This document shows, one piece after another, positions 20,890 through 30,121 of a DNA stretch of 64,000 nt. The notes under the pieces were generated by a model. It was not told where the DNA came from, did no database searches, and was given only the letters and a program-made list of their open reading frames with translations. The position numbers were made by a program, and so were the translations under genes. Source of the DNA: Candidatus Methylomirabilia bacterium (GTDB lineage: Bacteria > Methylomirabilota > Methylomirabilia > Rokubacteriales > CSP1-6); the NCBI GenBank assembly GCA_046758965.1, contig JBHIBG010000001.1, positions 83,914 through 147,913 of the forward strand, given 5' to 3'. Positions within the stretch are counted from its first letter, which is position 1; each line of letters begins with the position of its first letter.

Positions 20890-21462
20890 TCAGCGGATGA
20901 GGGTCGGGACCTGCGGAGCCTTCTCGGAGGGCTGGTTCAGGAGCTTGGCCCCTCGATAGAGATACTGGATTCCCGAGGAGACCGTGAACATTGCGGTCAC
21001 CCAGACGAGCCCGGACTTGACGCCGGGAACCATGGGAAACGCCAGACCTAGCAGGACGGCTAGGATCGTCACCATCTGGAGCCCGGTGCAGGCCTTGCCC
21101 AGAGCGGTCGGGGTGGGATGGATCTGACCTCCTGCCATGTGGACCAGAACGGCCCCAAGGACCAGGAGAAGGTCACGGCTGATCACGACCACGGTGATCC
21201 AAAACGGGAGGGCAGTGGGATAGAGGTATGTCAGAGTGATGAAGGCAGTGGTCAGCAGAAGCTTGTCGGCCATGGGATCCAGAAAGGCGCCCAGGCGGCT
21301 CTGGCTGCCGCGCCTGCGTGCGATGTACCCATCCAGGAGATCGGTCAGGCTCGCGACGCAGAAGATCAGGAGGGACGCGACAGTCCACCGGTAGACCAGC
21401 AGTGACACGAAGACCGGGATCAGGAGGATCCGCAGAAGGGTGAGCGAATTAGCCAGTCCCAT
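20890..21462 (-). CDS. pgsA: CDP-alcohol phosphatidyltransferase (PgsA-like)
   Basis: ANSLTLLR, TDLLDGYIARR...LGAFLDPMADK. Confidence 0.85.
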   Translation of the reverse strand: MGLANSLTLLRILLIPVFVSLLVYRWTVASLLIFCVASLTDLLDGYIARRRGSQSRLGAFLDPMADKLLLTTAFITLTYLYPTALPFWITVVVISRDLLLVLGAVLVHMAGGQIHPTPTALGKACTGLQMVTILAVLLGLAFPMVPGVKSGLVWVTAMFTVSSGIQYLYRGAKLLNQPSEKAPQVPTLIR

Positions 21463-21506
21463 GAGTCCGCCGAGGCCGATGGCCATTGTATCACCACCCC
21501 TTCCTC

Positions 21507-22802
21507 TCAGGGCGTCTCGATGCGGTAGCCCGAGACAGCCCCAAGCAGCGGGATCGGCAGCTCCACCTCGATCCGAATTCCCGTGGGCTCGTCGGCGCGG
21601 CGAAGCACCCGTCCACGCTCGTAGCAGAGCGCCAAGGTCGGGCCATCAGCGTAGGGAATCCGGAGCGTAGCGTGCCCCACGCGGACGCGCAGGGCCAGCC
21701 CGATCCGGGACAGGAGCTCGCTGATGCCCGCGCCCGATAGGGCGCAGAGTGGTGTGCCCCGAAACTCCTCGACGAGGGCTCGGAGACCGTTCCCCCCGTC
21801 TACCTGATCCACCTTGTTGAGGACGAGAATCGAGGGGCGATCTCTCAGCCCGAGTTCGCCCAGGAGCCGCTCCACCACGGCGAGCTGCTCCTGGACGCCC
21901 GGGTGACTTGCATCCGCCACGTGGAGCAGCACGTCGGCTTCGTGCAGCTCTTCTAGGGTGGCCTTGAAGGCCGACACGAGCTGAGGGGGGAGCTTCCGGA
22001 TGAAGCCCACGGTGTCAGTGAGCATAAACGGCTGGTGGTCTGGCGGCGTGATCAGGCGGGCCGCGGGATCGAGGGTGACGAAGAGCTGGTTCGCCGCTGG
22101 CAGCTGAGAGCCCGCGAGCTGGTTGAAGAGCGTGGTCTTGCCGGCATTGGTGTACCCCACCAGGGCCACGACGGGGAACCCGGTCGCTCGCCGTCGGGTT
22201 CTCAGGAGCCGGCGGTGCGTCTGCACGTGGTCAAGCTCTTTCTTCGTCTGGAGGATCCGCCTGCGGATGATCCGGCGATCGGACTCGAGCTGGGTCTCCC
22301 CTGGCCCACGGGTCCCGATCCCGCCTCCGAGACGCTCCAAGTGCTTCCACTGCCCCACCAGGCGGGGGAGCAGGTAGGTGAGCTGGGCGAGCTCGACCTG
22401 GAGCTTCCCAGCGCTTGTGCGCGCCCGCTGGGCGAAGATATCAAGGATCAGCGCGGTCCGGTCGATGACCTTCAGCTTCAGCGTCTGCTCAAGATTTCGT
22501 TCCTGGATCGGCGAAAGGCCGTCGTCGGAGATGAGGAGGTCGGCTTCTCCCGCGCGGGCCAGCTCCCGGAGTTCCTCCACCTTCCCCTTGCCGAAGTAGA
22601 GGGAGGGAGACCGGGCCTCGCGCTGCTGAATGAGGGTGCCGACCACCCGAGCGCCAGCCGATTCGGCCAATTGGCCCAACTCGGCGAGGGAGTCCAACGT
22701 CTCCCAGCGACGCTGGCTCGGGGTTTGGAGGGCGGCCAGAATGGCTCGCTCTGTTCGCGTTCGGTTCTCAGGCAGGGATCCGCCCTCCCCGGAGGAGCCC
22801 AT
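21507..22802 (-). CDS. hflX: GTPase HflX
   Basis: LILDIFAQRA, GGGIGTRGPGETQLE, GYTNAGKTT, DTVGFI. Confidence 0.96.
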   Translation of the reverse strand: MGSSGEGGSLPENRTRTERAILAALQTPSQRRWETLDSLAELGQLAESAGARVVGTLIQQREARSPSLYFGKGKVEELRELARAGEADLLISDDGLSPIQERNLEQTLKLKVIDRTALILDIFAQRARTSAGKLQVELAQLTYLLPRLVGQWKHLERLGGGIGTRGPGETQLESDRRIIRRRILQTKKELDHVQTHRRLLRTRRRATGFPVVALVGYTNAGKTTLFNQLAGSQLPAANQLFVTLDPAARLITPPDHQPFMLTDTVGFIRKLPPQLVSAFKATLEELHEADVLLHVADASHPGVQEQLAVVERLLGELGLRDRPSILVLNKVDQVDGGNGLRALVEEFRGTPLCALSGAGISELLSRIGLALRVRVGHATLRIPYADGPTLALCYERGRVLRRADEPTGIRIEVELPIPLLGAVSGYRIETP

Positions 22803-23820
22803 GCCGCTCGATGAGCTTGGCGATCGCCTGCGCGGCCCTTTCGAGATCGCAGGGGGCTTTCAGATCCATCCACTGGAGGTCTGGCTCGCGCTTGAACCAC
22901 GTCCACTGGCGCTTGGCGTAACGAATGGTGTCCCGCTTCATGAGCCTTACCGCTTCCGCTTCGCTGATCCGGCCCCGCAGCATCCAGCAGAAGTGGCGGT
23001 AGCCGATTCCCTTCATAGCTGAGAGCGACTCGTCGTACCCGGCCTGGAGGAGCCCCCGAACCTCATCTTGGAGACCCTGAGCCACCATCGCCTCAACCCG
23101 GAAGTTCAGGGTCGTGGCCAATGCGGCTCGAGGTCTGGTGAGCCCCACCATCAGAAGTCGGAACGGAGGACGGTTCATCGCCCAGTCCCCCGCTCCGCCT
23201 TCCCCGTCATGACCGGAGTGAGACCCGCCAAGGACCTGTGGCGCCTCCCGATACCGACGAACCTCAATAGCCCTGATAATCCTCATCATATCTTTAGGAT
23301 GAATACGCCTGGCAGCCTCAGGGTCTACTTTAAGTAGCACTTGATGAAGCGCGTTGGGTGAACGGCCTCTGGCCCAGCGTGAGAGCTCCCCCCTGAACTC
23401 CGGGTGTCCGGGGGGTGCGGGGGAAAGCCCCCGCAGGAGCGCCCGGATGTAGAGCCCCGTGCCCCCCACAACCACCGGCAATCGCCCTCGCTCCCGGATC
23501 TCGCGGATGGCGGTGAGCGCCTCTCGCCTGAACCGAGCCGCATGGTAGCGCTCGTCGGGGTCAACGAGATCAAGCAAGTGGTGCGGCACCTGTGCGCGCT
23601 GGGCGGGGTTCGGCTTCCCGGTCCCGATCTCCATCCGGCGATAGACCTGGCGAGAGTCCGCGCTCACCACCTCAAGGGGAATCCGTCGAGCCAGGTGAAT
23701 GGCGGTCTCGGTCTTCCCGATCCCCGTCGGCCCGGTAATGACGACTAGGGGCTCCAAAGTGCGGCCCATATCCCTATCATACGGCCCCGGCAGGGTCTCT
23801 GCGCGGTGATCCACGCTCAC
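22768..23820 (-). CDS. miaA: tRNA dimethylallyltransferase (alternative start ATG 23769)
   Basis: GPTGIGKT, SADSRQVY, GGTGLY, IGYRH, YAKRQWTWF. Confidence 0.95.
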   Translation of the reverse strand: MSVDHRAETLPGPYDRDMGRTLEPLVVITGPTGIGKTETAIHLARRIPLEVVSADSRQVYRRMEIGTGKPNPAQRAQVPHHLLDLVDPDERYHAARFRREALTAIREIRERGRLPVVVGGTGLYIRALLRGLSPAPPGHPEFRGELSRWARGRSPNALHQVLLKVDPEAARRIHPKDMMRIIRAIEVRRYREAPQVLGGSHSGHDGEGGAGDWAMNRPPFRLLMVGLTRPRAALATTLNFRVEAMVAQGLQDEVRGLLQAGYDESLSAMKGIGYRHFCWMLRGRISEAEAVRLMKRDTIRYAKRQWTWFKREPDLQWMDLKAPCDLERAAQAIAKLIERHGLLRGGRIPA

Positions 23821-25535
23821 CAGGTTCGTCGGAGCTCGCGCTTGATCTCTCTGAGGGAGACGCGGGAGAGAATCGGCCGGCCGTGCGGGCAGAAGTACGG
23901 GGTCTCGGTCGTGGAAAGGTCAGCGAGGAGACGCCGCATCTCGCCGTGATCCAGTGGCCGATTCGCCTTGATCGCCGCCCGGCAGGCCACGAAGGAGAGC
24001 GCCCGATCCACCAGCGGCGCCGTTGCTCCTTGATAGGCTGTGCCCACCTCTTCCAGCAGGGCCTCGATAAGCCGATGAGGTTCTTCCCCCTTCAAGAGCG
24101 AGGGGACGCCCCGAAGCAGGAGGGTTCCCCCCCCGAACTCCTCCAGGGCGAATCCCAACTCCTCGAGGGTCGGGAGCCACCGGCTCAACAGGCTCCGGCT
24201 TGCCGGTCCGAGCGTCAGTGGCTCCGCGAGGAGAAGTTCCTGGGAGGGAAGCGGCCCTGAGGCCAGCTCAGCCTTTAGCCGTTCGAACAGCACGCGCTCG
24301 TGCGCCACATGCTGGTCGATGAAAAACACCTCTTCCTGGTTGGCTGCCACGATGAAGGTCTCCTCCACTTGCCCGACCGGCTGTCCAAACAGCGATGGGC
24401 CGTACGGGGAGACCTCCTCACGGAAGAGGGACGGCTGGGCGCCTTCCGATCCCGCTGGGGCCGGGATCCCCGGAGCACCCGTGTCTGCCGGCGTGAGCCC
24501 TGCTCCTCGAGAGCCGGGCGTGCCGGAACGGGGACTCTGAAGGACCTCTCCGGAGCGGAGCGCCGCCTGCACCGCTCTAAAGACCGCCTCCTGGACCAGC
24601 CTCGGCTCACGAAATCGCACCCAGGCTTTAGCAGGGTGCACATTCACGTCCACTTCCTGGGGGGGGAGCGCCAGCATCAGCGCGGCAACGGGAAACCGGT
24701 CTCGAGCCAGCAGCGGACGGTAGGCCTCGAGCAGGGTTTCTCGGAGCAGCGCGTCGCTCACTGGCCTCCCGTTCACGATAATGACGATCCAATCCCGGCC
24801 CCCCCGGGTCATGTGGGGAGGGCTGATGAGCCCGGTGAGCACCGCCTTTGACTCTCCCGGGAGCAGATCCAGGAGCTGCCCGGCCCACTCGTAGCCGAGG
24901 AAGGCCGCCACCCGGTCTCTCAGCGTGTTCACAGGCGGCGCCGTCAGGACAGACTTGCCGTTGTGGGTGACCTGCACTCTGAGGCGGGGATGCGCCAGGG
25001 CAAGGTGGCTGGCCACCCTCAGTGCGAGGGCCAGCTCCGACTGGGGGTGCTTCAGGAATTTGAGCCGCGCGGGAGTGTTAAAGAAGAGATCGAAGATTTC
25101 CACGCTGGTGCCTGCGGCAGCTTCCACGGCGAGCCGCTCGGTGATCGCCCCCCCCTCCCCTCTCACCAGCGTTCCCCGACTGGATCCTCGCGGGGCTGAT
25201 AAGATCGTGAAGCGCGAGACGGAACAGATCGCCGGAAACGCCTCGCCCCTGAAGCCGAGCGTTCCGATGGCCTCGAGGTCGGCTTCGGAGCCGACCTTCG
25301 AGGTCGCATGGCGCTCCAGCGCCAGGGTAAGCTCGTCGGCGGTCATTCCCACTCCGTCGTCGGTGACTCGGATGAGCTGGCGACCGGCGTCCTTCAGGTC
25401 AACGCTCACCGCCCCCGCGTCAGCATCGATGGCGTTTTCGAGAAGCTCCTTGAGCACCGAGGCCGGGCGCTCGACCACCTCTCCTGCGGCGATCTTGTTG
25501 ATGAGCTCGTCCGGGAGCCGCCGGATCCGGCTCAT
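23817..25535 (-). CDS. mutL: DNA mismatch repair protein MutL
   Basis: IAAGEVVERPAS, GFRGEA, VDVNVHP, endonuclease DQHVAHER, CPHGRP. Confidence 0.97.
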   Translation of the reverse strand: MSRIRRLPDELINKIAAGEVVERPASVLKELLENAIDADAGAVSVDLKDAGRQLIRVTDDGVGMTADELTLALERHATSKVGSEADLEAIGTLGFRGEAFPAICSVSRFTILSAPRGSSRGTLVRGEGGAITERLAVEAAAGTSVEIFDLFFNTPARLKFLKHPQSELALALRVASHLALAHPRLRVQVTHNGKSVLTAPPVNTLRDRVAAFLGYEWAGQLLDLLPGESKAVLTGLISPPHMTRGGRDWIVIIVNGRPVSDALLRETLLEAYRPLLARDRFPVAALMLALPPQEVDVNVHPAKAWVRFREPRLVQEAVFRAVQAALRSGEVLQSPRSGTPGSRGAGLTPADTGAPGIPAPAGSEGAQPSLFREEVSPYGPSLFGQPVGQVEETFIVAANQEEVFFIDQHVAHERVLFERLKAELASGPLPSQELLLAEPLTLGPASRSLLSRWLPTLEELGFALEEFGGGTLLLRGVPSLLKGEEPHRLIEALLEEVGTAYQGATAPLVDRALSFVACRAAIKANRPLDHGEMRRLLADLSTTETPYFCPHGRPILSRVSLREIKRELRRTW

Positions 25536-28177
25536 GGCGCCTCCCTGAGCGTTGCCTGCCACTGAGCGAGGAGGGTGAGGGCCTGAAGCGGCGTGAACTG
25601 GTTCAGGTCCAGGCCCGCCAGTTCGACGAGCACCGGGTGAGGAGTGGCCGGGAAGAGACCGAGCTGAACGGCCTCCGCGCGCGACGCGCGGGGGTTGGCA
25701 TCAGAAGCGAGGGTGGCGCCGGGCTCTCCGCCTTGCGGAAACTGCCACGGCAGCCCCTGGCGGCTCGCCTCCAGCCCGGCCAGAAACTCCTTGGCACGCT
25801 GGATTACCGCGAGGGGTAATCCGGCCAACCGAGCGACCTGGATCCCGTAGCTTCGGTCGGTTCCCCCGGGGCGCACTTTGTGGAGGAAGATGATCTGGTC
25901 ATTCCACTCTCGCACCGCGAAGTGGAAGTTTCTGATGCGTGGGAATCGTTCGGCCAGCTGCGTGAGTTCGTGATAGTGGGTGGCGAAGATGACCTTGGCG
26001 CCGCCGCCGCGCTCGTGGAGCTCCTCGGCGACGGCCCAGGCGATGGCCAGCCCGTCGAATGTCGAGGTGCCGCGGCCGACCTCATCGAGGAGAATCAAGC
26101 TCCGCGCCCTGGCGTTGTGGAGGATGTTGGCGGTTTCGACCATTTCCACCAGGAACGTGCTCTGCCCTCGCGAGAGGTTATCCCGTGCTCCCACGCGGGT
26201 GAAGATTCGGTCGACCAGGCCGATCTCCGCCTCCCGAGCCGGGACGAGGGCGCCCATCTGGGCCAGAATCACGATGAGCGCTGCCTGTCGCATGAAGGTG
26301 GACTTGCCGCTCATATTGGGGCCGGTCAGGACCGCGATCTGGGCGCTCTCTCCGTCCAGCTCTAAGTCGTTGGGGATGAACGGCCGATCGCCGACGGCCT
26401 CGAGCACGGGATGACGGCCGTCCACGATGCGGAGACCGCGACGGGGATTCACCTCAGGCCGAACATGGCCGCGCAGGTGGGCTACCTCGGCTAAAGCCGC
26501 GAGCAGATCCAGAGTGCCCACGGCCCGCGCGCTCTGGAGAAGGGCGGCGGCCTCTCGAGCGACAGCTTGCCGCACTTCCTCAAAGAGCTGGAGCTCGAGC
26601 CGGTTGATCCGCTCCTCGGCCCCGAGCACCTTCGCCTCGTAGGCCTGGAGCTCGGGGGTGACGAACCGCTCGGCTCCCACCAGGGTTTGGCGTCGGACGT
26701 AGTCGGGAGGGACTCGCCCGAGATTGGCCTTCGAGACTTCGATGGCATAGCCAAAGACACGGTTGAAGCGAACCCTGAGGGTGGCGATCCCTGTGCGCTC
26801 GCGCTCCCTCGCTTCCAGCGAGGCAATCCAGGCCTTCGCCTCCCGGGATTCCCGGCAAAGGTCCGACAGGGCCTGGCTCCAGCGCTCACGGATGAGGCCG
26901 CCCTCGGAAAGGTTCAATGGCGGGTGATCCTCCAAGGCGTCCTCGAGGAGCTTCTGCACCGGGTGAAGCTCGGCCATCTCGGCACCCAGCGTTGACAGCA
27001 GGGGGACCGGCAACCCCGCGAGAGCAGACTTCAGAACGGGAAGCGGGGCGAGGGAACTCCTGAGGGCGACGAGATCCCGCGCATGGGCGACGCCGAGCGC
27101 CACCCGGCTCGTGAGGCGCTCGATGTCCCCCACGGCCGTGAGGCGGGATCGGAGCTCTGCGCGGAGCCCCGGGGCTTCCACCAGCTTCGCCACGGCTTCC
27201 TGACGGCTGCCGATTTCTGCCTGGTCCAGTAAGGGACGGAGAAGCCATTGCCTCAGCAACCTGGCGCCCATAGGGGTCTCGGTCTTGTTGAGGATGCCGT
27301 AGAGGGAGCCTTTCACCGACCGCTCTTGCGTCGTTTCGAAGAGCTCGAGCGTGGCCACGGCGGTCTCGTCGAGCACCATGGCCTCGCCGGGGTGGAAGCG
27401 CTGGAGCCGCGTGAGGTGGCCGAGGGATTCGCCCTGGGTCTCCTGGAGGTAGAGGAGAGCAGCGCCAGCGGCCCCCAACCCCCAATGCATGCCCTCGAGG
27501 CCGAAGGCCTCCAGGGAGGGTACGGAGAACCGGCGACAGAGCGCCTCACGCGCCGACCCCGAAGAGAAGAGCGCGGGGTCAACGAAGGTGAGGGTGGCGC
27601 CTGTCGAGCCGAGCCGAGTCCGGAGTTCCTGAGCTTGCTGGAGCGTGGTGGCGAGGAGGATCTCGGCCGGGCACCTGAGGAGGGCAGCATCCAGGAGAGC
27701 CTGACCCTCCCCCGGCTCTTCGCCCACCCAGAACTCGCCGGTGGTGATGTCCACCAGCGCAATGCCGAGGCCGTCCCGCCCCTTCGCCAGGGCCAGCAGG
27801 TAGTTGTTCGTTCCCCGATCCAGAAACGCGGTGTCAGTGACAGTCCCCGGGGTGATGAGCCGCACCACCTCCCGCCGGAGCAGTTTCTTCCCCGTCCCCG
27901 GAGCCTCCATCTGCTCCGAGATCGCTACCTTCTGTCCCGCGGTGATGAGCCTGGCGATGTAGCCCTGAGCCGCGTGGTGGGGGATCCCCGCCATCGGGAT
28001 CGCCCCGTCCCCCTTCTGGCGGGAGGTCAGGGCGATCTGCAGGATGCGCGCCCCTGACTCGGCGTCCTCGAAGAACATCTCGTAGAAGTCGCCGAGCCGG
28101 AAGAGCAGCAGGTAATCCGGGTACCGGCGCTTGAGCTCGCGATACTGGCGCATCATCGGGCTCAGGGCGGCAGGCAT
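25532..28177 (-). CDS. mutS: DNA mismatch repair protein MutS
   Basis: FRLGDFYEMF, TGPNMSGKST, STFLVEM, DEVGRGT, SYGIQVA. Confidence 0.97.
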   Translation of the reverse strand: MPAALSPMMRQYRELKRRYPDYLLLFRLGDFYEMFFEDAESGARILQIALTSRQKGDGAIPMAGIPHHAAQGYIARLITAGQKVAISEQMEAPGTGKKLLRREVVRLITPGTVTDTAFLDRGTNNYLLALAKGRDGLGIALVDITTGEFWVGEEPGEGQALLDAALLRCPAEILLATTLQQAQELRTRLGSTGATLTFVDPALFSSGSAREALCRRFSVPSLEAFGLEGMHWGLGAAGAALLYLQETQGESLGHLTRLQRFHPGEAMVLDETAVATLELFETTQERSVKGSLYGILNKTETPMGARLLRQWLLRPLLDQAEIGSRQEAVAKLVEAPGLRAELRSRLTAVGDIERLTSRVALGVAHARDLVALRSSLAPLPVLKSALAGLPVPLLSTLGAEMAELHPVQKLLEDALEDHPPLNLSEGGLIRERWSQALSDLCRESREAKAWIASLEARERERTGIATLRVRFNRVFGYAIEVSKANLGRVPPDYVRRQTLVGAERFVTPELQAYEAKVLGAEERINRLELQLFEEVRQAVAREAAALLQSARAVGTLDLLAALAEVAHLRGHVRPEVNPRRGLRIVDGRHPVLEAVGDRPFIPNDLELDGESAQIAVLTGPNMSGKSTFMRQAALIVILAQMGALVPAREAEIGLVDRIFTRVGARDNLSRGQSTFLVEMVETANILHNARARSLILLDEVGRGTSTFDGLAIAWAVAEELHERGGGAKVIFATHYHELTQLAERFPRIRNFHFAVREWNDQIIFLHKVRPGGTDRSYGIQVARLAGLPLAVIQRAKEFLAGLEASRQGLPWQFPQGGEPGATLASDANPRASRAEAVQLGLFPATPHPVLVELAGLDLNQFTPLQALTLLAQWQATLREAP

Positions 28178-28194
28178 CTGGATGCGCTCCTGAG

Positions 28195-28680
28195 TCACGG
28201 TGCGAGGCCAGGGCGCAGGCGGTCGTAGGTCGCCTCGAGGGATTCGGGAAGCACCCGGACATCCCCCAAGACCGGCATAAAGTTGCTGTCGCCGTCCCAA
28301 CGCGGGACCACATGGAGATGCAGGTGACCCGCTACCCCCGCTCCCGCTGCGCGTCCCTGGTTTACTCCCACGTTGAACCCGTCGGGGCGGTACACGGCCG
28401 TGAGGGCACGCATGGCGGACTGCACAAGGGCCAGGGCTTCACCGAGCTCTTCAGGGGCGGCATCCTCCAGCGCTCCCACGTGGCGGCTCACCACCGCCAT
28501 GAGGTGCCCGGGCGTGTAGGGGAACGTGTTGAGAATCAAGAACGCCAGCGGTTTGCGACAGAGGATGAGGGCCGCCCGGTCATCTGTGGAAGCGAGCGCG
28601 TCACAGAGGAGGCAGCCCGGACTCTTCTGCGAGGCGCCGGAGACGTAGGCCATCCGCCAGGGAGCCCAGAGCCGGTCCAC
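28195..28680 (-). CDS. HIT-family nucleotide hydrolase/transferase
   Basis: LWAPWRMAY, NTFPYTPGHLM, HLHLHVVPRW. Confidence 0.9.
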   Translation of the reverse strand: MDRLWAPWRMAYVSGASQKSPGCLLCDALASTDDRAALILCRKPLAFLILNTFPYTPGHLMAVVSRHVGALEDAAPEELGEALALVQSAMRALTAVYRPDGFNVGVNQGRAAGAGVAGHLHLHVVPRWDGDSNFMPVLGDVRVLPESLEATYDRLRPGLAP

Positions 28681-28747
28681 GCCCCTTAACAAACAAAGGC
28701 AGGGAGGGGAACACCCCACCCCACCTTCGCTGAGGAAGCCCGATGGC

Positions 28748-29023
28748 TCACGTGTTGACGAGGTCGCGGAGCCGTTTGCCTACCTTGAAAAACGGGACGC
28801 GCTTTTCGGGAACGCTCACGTTTGTCCCCGTCTTGGGGTTGCGCCCCTTCCGAGCGTTCCGGTGACGGATCCTGAAGCTGCCGAAGCCGCGGAGCTCCAC
28901 CTTGTCGGCTTTTACTAAGGCGTCGATGATCTGATTAAAGATCGTGTCGACAATCAGTTCCGTCTCTTTCTTGGTGAGGTTCGATGACTTGGCGACTTCA
29001 TCGATCAGGTCCGCTTTTGTCAT
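28748..29023 (-). CDS. ihfB: Integration host factor beta/HU-family protein
   Basis: MTKADL, VELRGFGSF, GRNPKTG, PFFKVGK; downstream of rpsA-sppA. Confidence 0.85.
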   Translation of the reverse strand: MTKADLIDEVAKSSNLTKKETELIVDTIFNQIIDALVKADKVELRGFGSFRIRHRNARKGRNPKTGTNVSVPEKRVPFFKVGKRLRDLVNT

Positions 29024-29093
29024 CTTCCGACTCCCTCCACCCAGGATCGCCCCACTGCCCCCCAGCCGGAGACACCGTCAAAATGCCGGCAAC

Positions 29094-29123
29094 ACGCTAT
29101 CACGGAGGCGCGAAGATTGTCAA
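29094..29123 (-). promoter_or_regulatory. Putative sigma70 promoter of ihfB
   Basis: TTGACA-N18-TAGCGT with a TGn extension. Confidence 0.5.
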
Positions 29124-29226
29124 GAAGGTTACGGGGTTACAGCCGTTTCCTTCCGCGGGAAATCGGCTCGCAGCGCCGCGGGAACCTGCGTCCTTGGGGC
29201 GTGATCCAGCGCTTCCTCCCGAGCCC

Positions 29227-30117
29227 TCAGTCCATCAGGTAGAGCGGGGTCTTCATGGCTGGCAGAGCCAGTGACAGCCCCGGCCGGCCGGACAAGCCGA
29301 GCTGGTTGAGGAGGAAATCGAGGAGCGAGAAACGCCGCCGTGGACGGATCACGGTCGGCTTCTCTCCGAGCCCGGCCAGCTTCGCGGCGCCCTGGATGGC
29401 CTCCTCCAGCCCCCCCAGCTCGTCAACCATTCCGAGTTCCTTGGCCTGCTGACCCGAAACGATCCGGCCATCGGCGAAGCGCAGCACCTTGGCCTTCCTC
29501 ATCTTCCGGCCCTCTGCCACCGCCTCAACAAACTGGTCATAGACATTGTCCAGCAGCGCCTGAAGAATCCGGCGCTCTTCGGGGCTCATCGTGCGGGCGA
29601 AGTTGCCGACGTCTTTGTACCGACCCGACTTGACCACTACATAGTCGATCCCGATCCTCTTGAGAAGCCCCTCCACGTTGGGCAGCTGCATCACCACGCC
29701 GATGGAGCCGGTGAGGGTCCCGGGGCTCGCGTAGATCCGGTCGGCGGCGGTCGCCACATAGTACCCTCCCGAGGCGGCCACGGCTCCTAGCGAGGCCACC
29801 ACAGGTTTTCCCGCCTGCCTGAGCCGCAGCACTGCCGCGTACATCTCCTGGGTGGGCGCCACCACGCCCCCGGGGCTGTTAATCCGGAGCACCACGGCCC
29901 GGACCGCAGAGTCCTCTGCGTGCCCTCTGAGCTCCCGGACGACGGGCTCGGAGTCGAGGATCACGCCTCCGAGCTCCACTACTGCCAGCTTCTGCCCACC
30001 TGGGAAGCCACTCCCTTCAATGAGAGAGATGAGCGCCCAAACGGCCAGGAAGAAGAGCACCAGCACTCCGGCCGTGACACCGAAGGCGATGGCGATGGTC
30101 CGACCCCGGCGGTTCAC
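29227..30117 (-). CDS. sppA: Signal peptide peptidase SppA (short form)
   Basis: RINSPGG, AASGGYY, TGSIGV, KSGRYKD, GMVDELGG. Confidence 0.93.
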   Translation of the reverse strand: MNRRGRTIAIAFGVTAGVLVLFFLAVWALISLIEGSGFPGGQKLAVVELGGVILDSEPVVRELRGHAEDSAVRAVVLRINSPGGVVAPTQEMYAAVLRLRQAGKPVVASLGAVAASGGYYVATAADRIYASPGTLTGSIGVVMQLPNVEGLLKRIGIDYVVVKSGRYKDVGNFARTMSPEERRILQALLDNVYDQFVEAVAEGRKMRKAKVLRFADGRIVSGQQAKELGMVDELGGLEEAIQGAAKLAGLGEKPTVIRPRRRFSLLDFLLNQLGLSGRPGLSLALPAMKTPLYLMD

Positions 30118-30121
30118 AACC

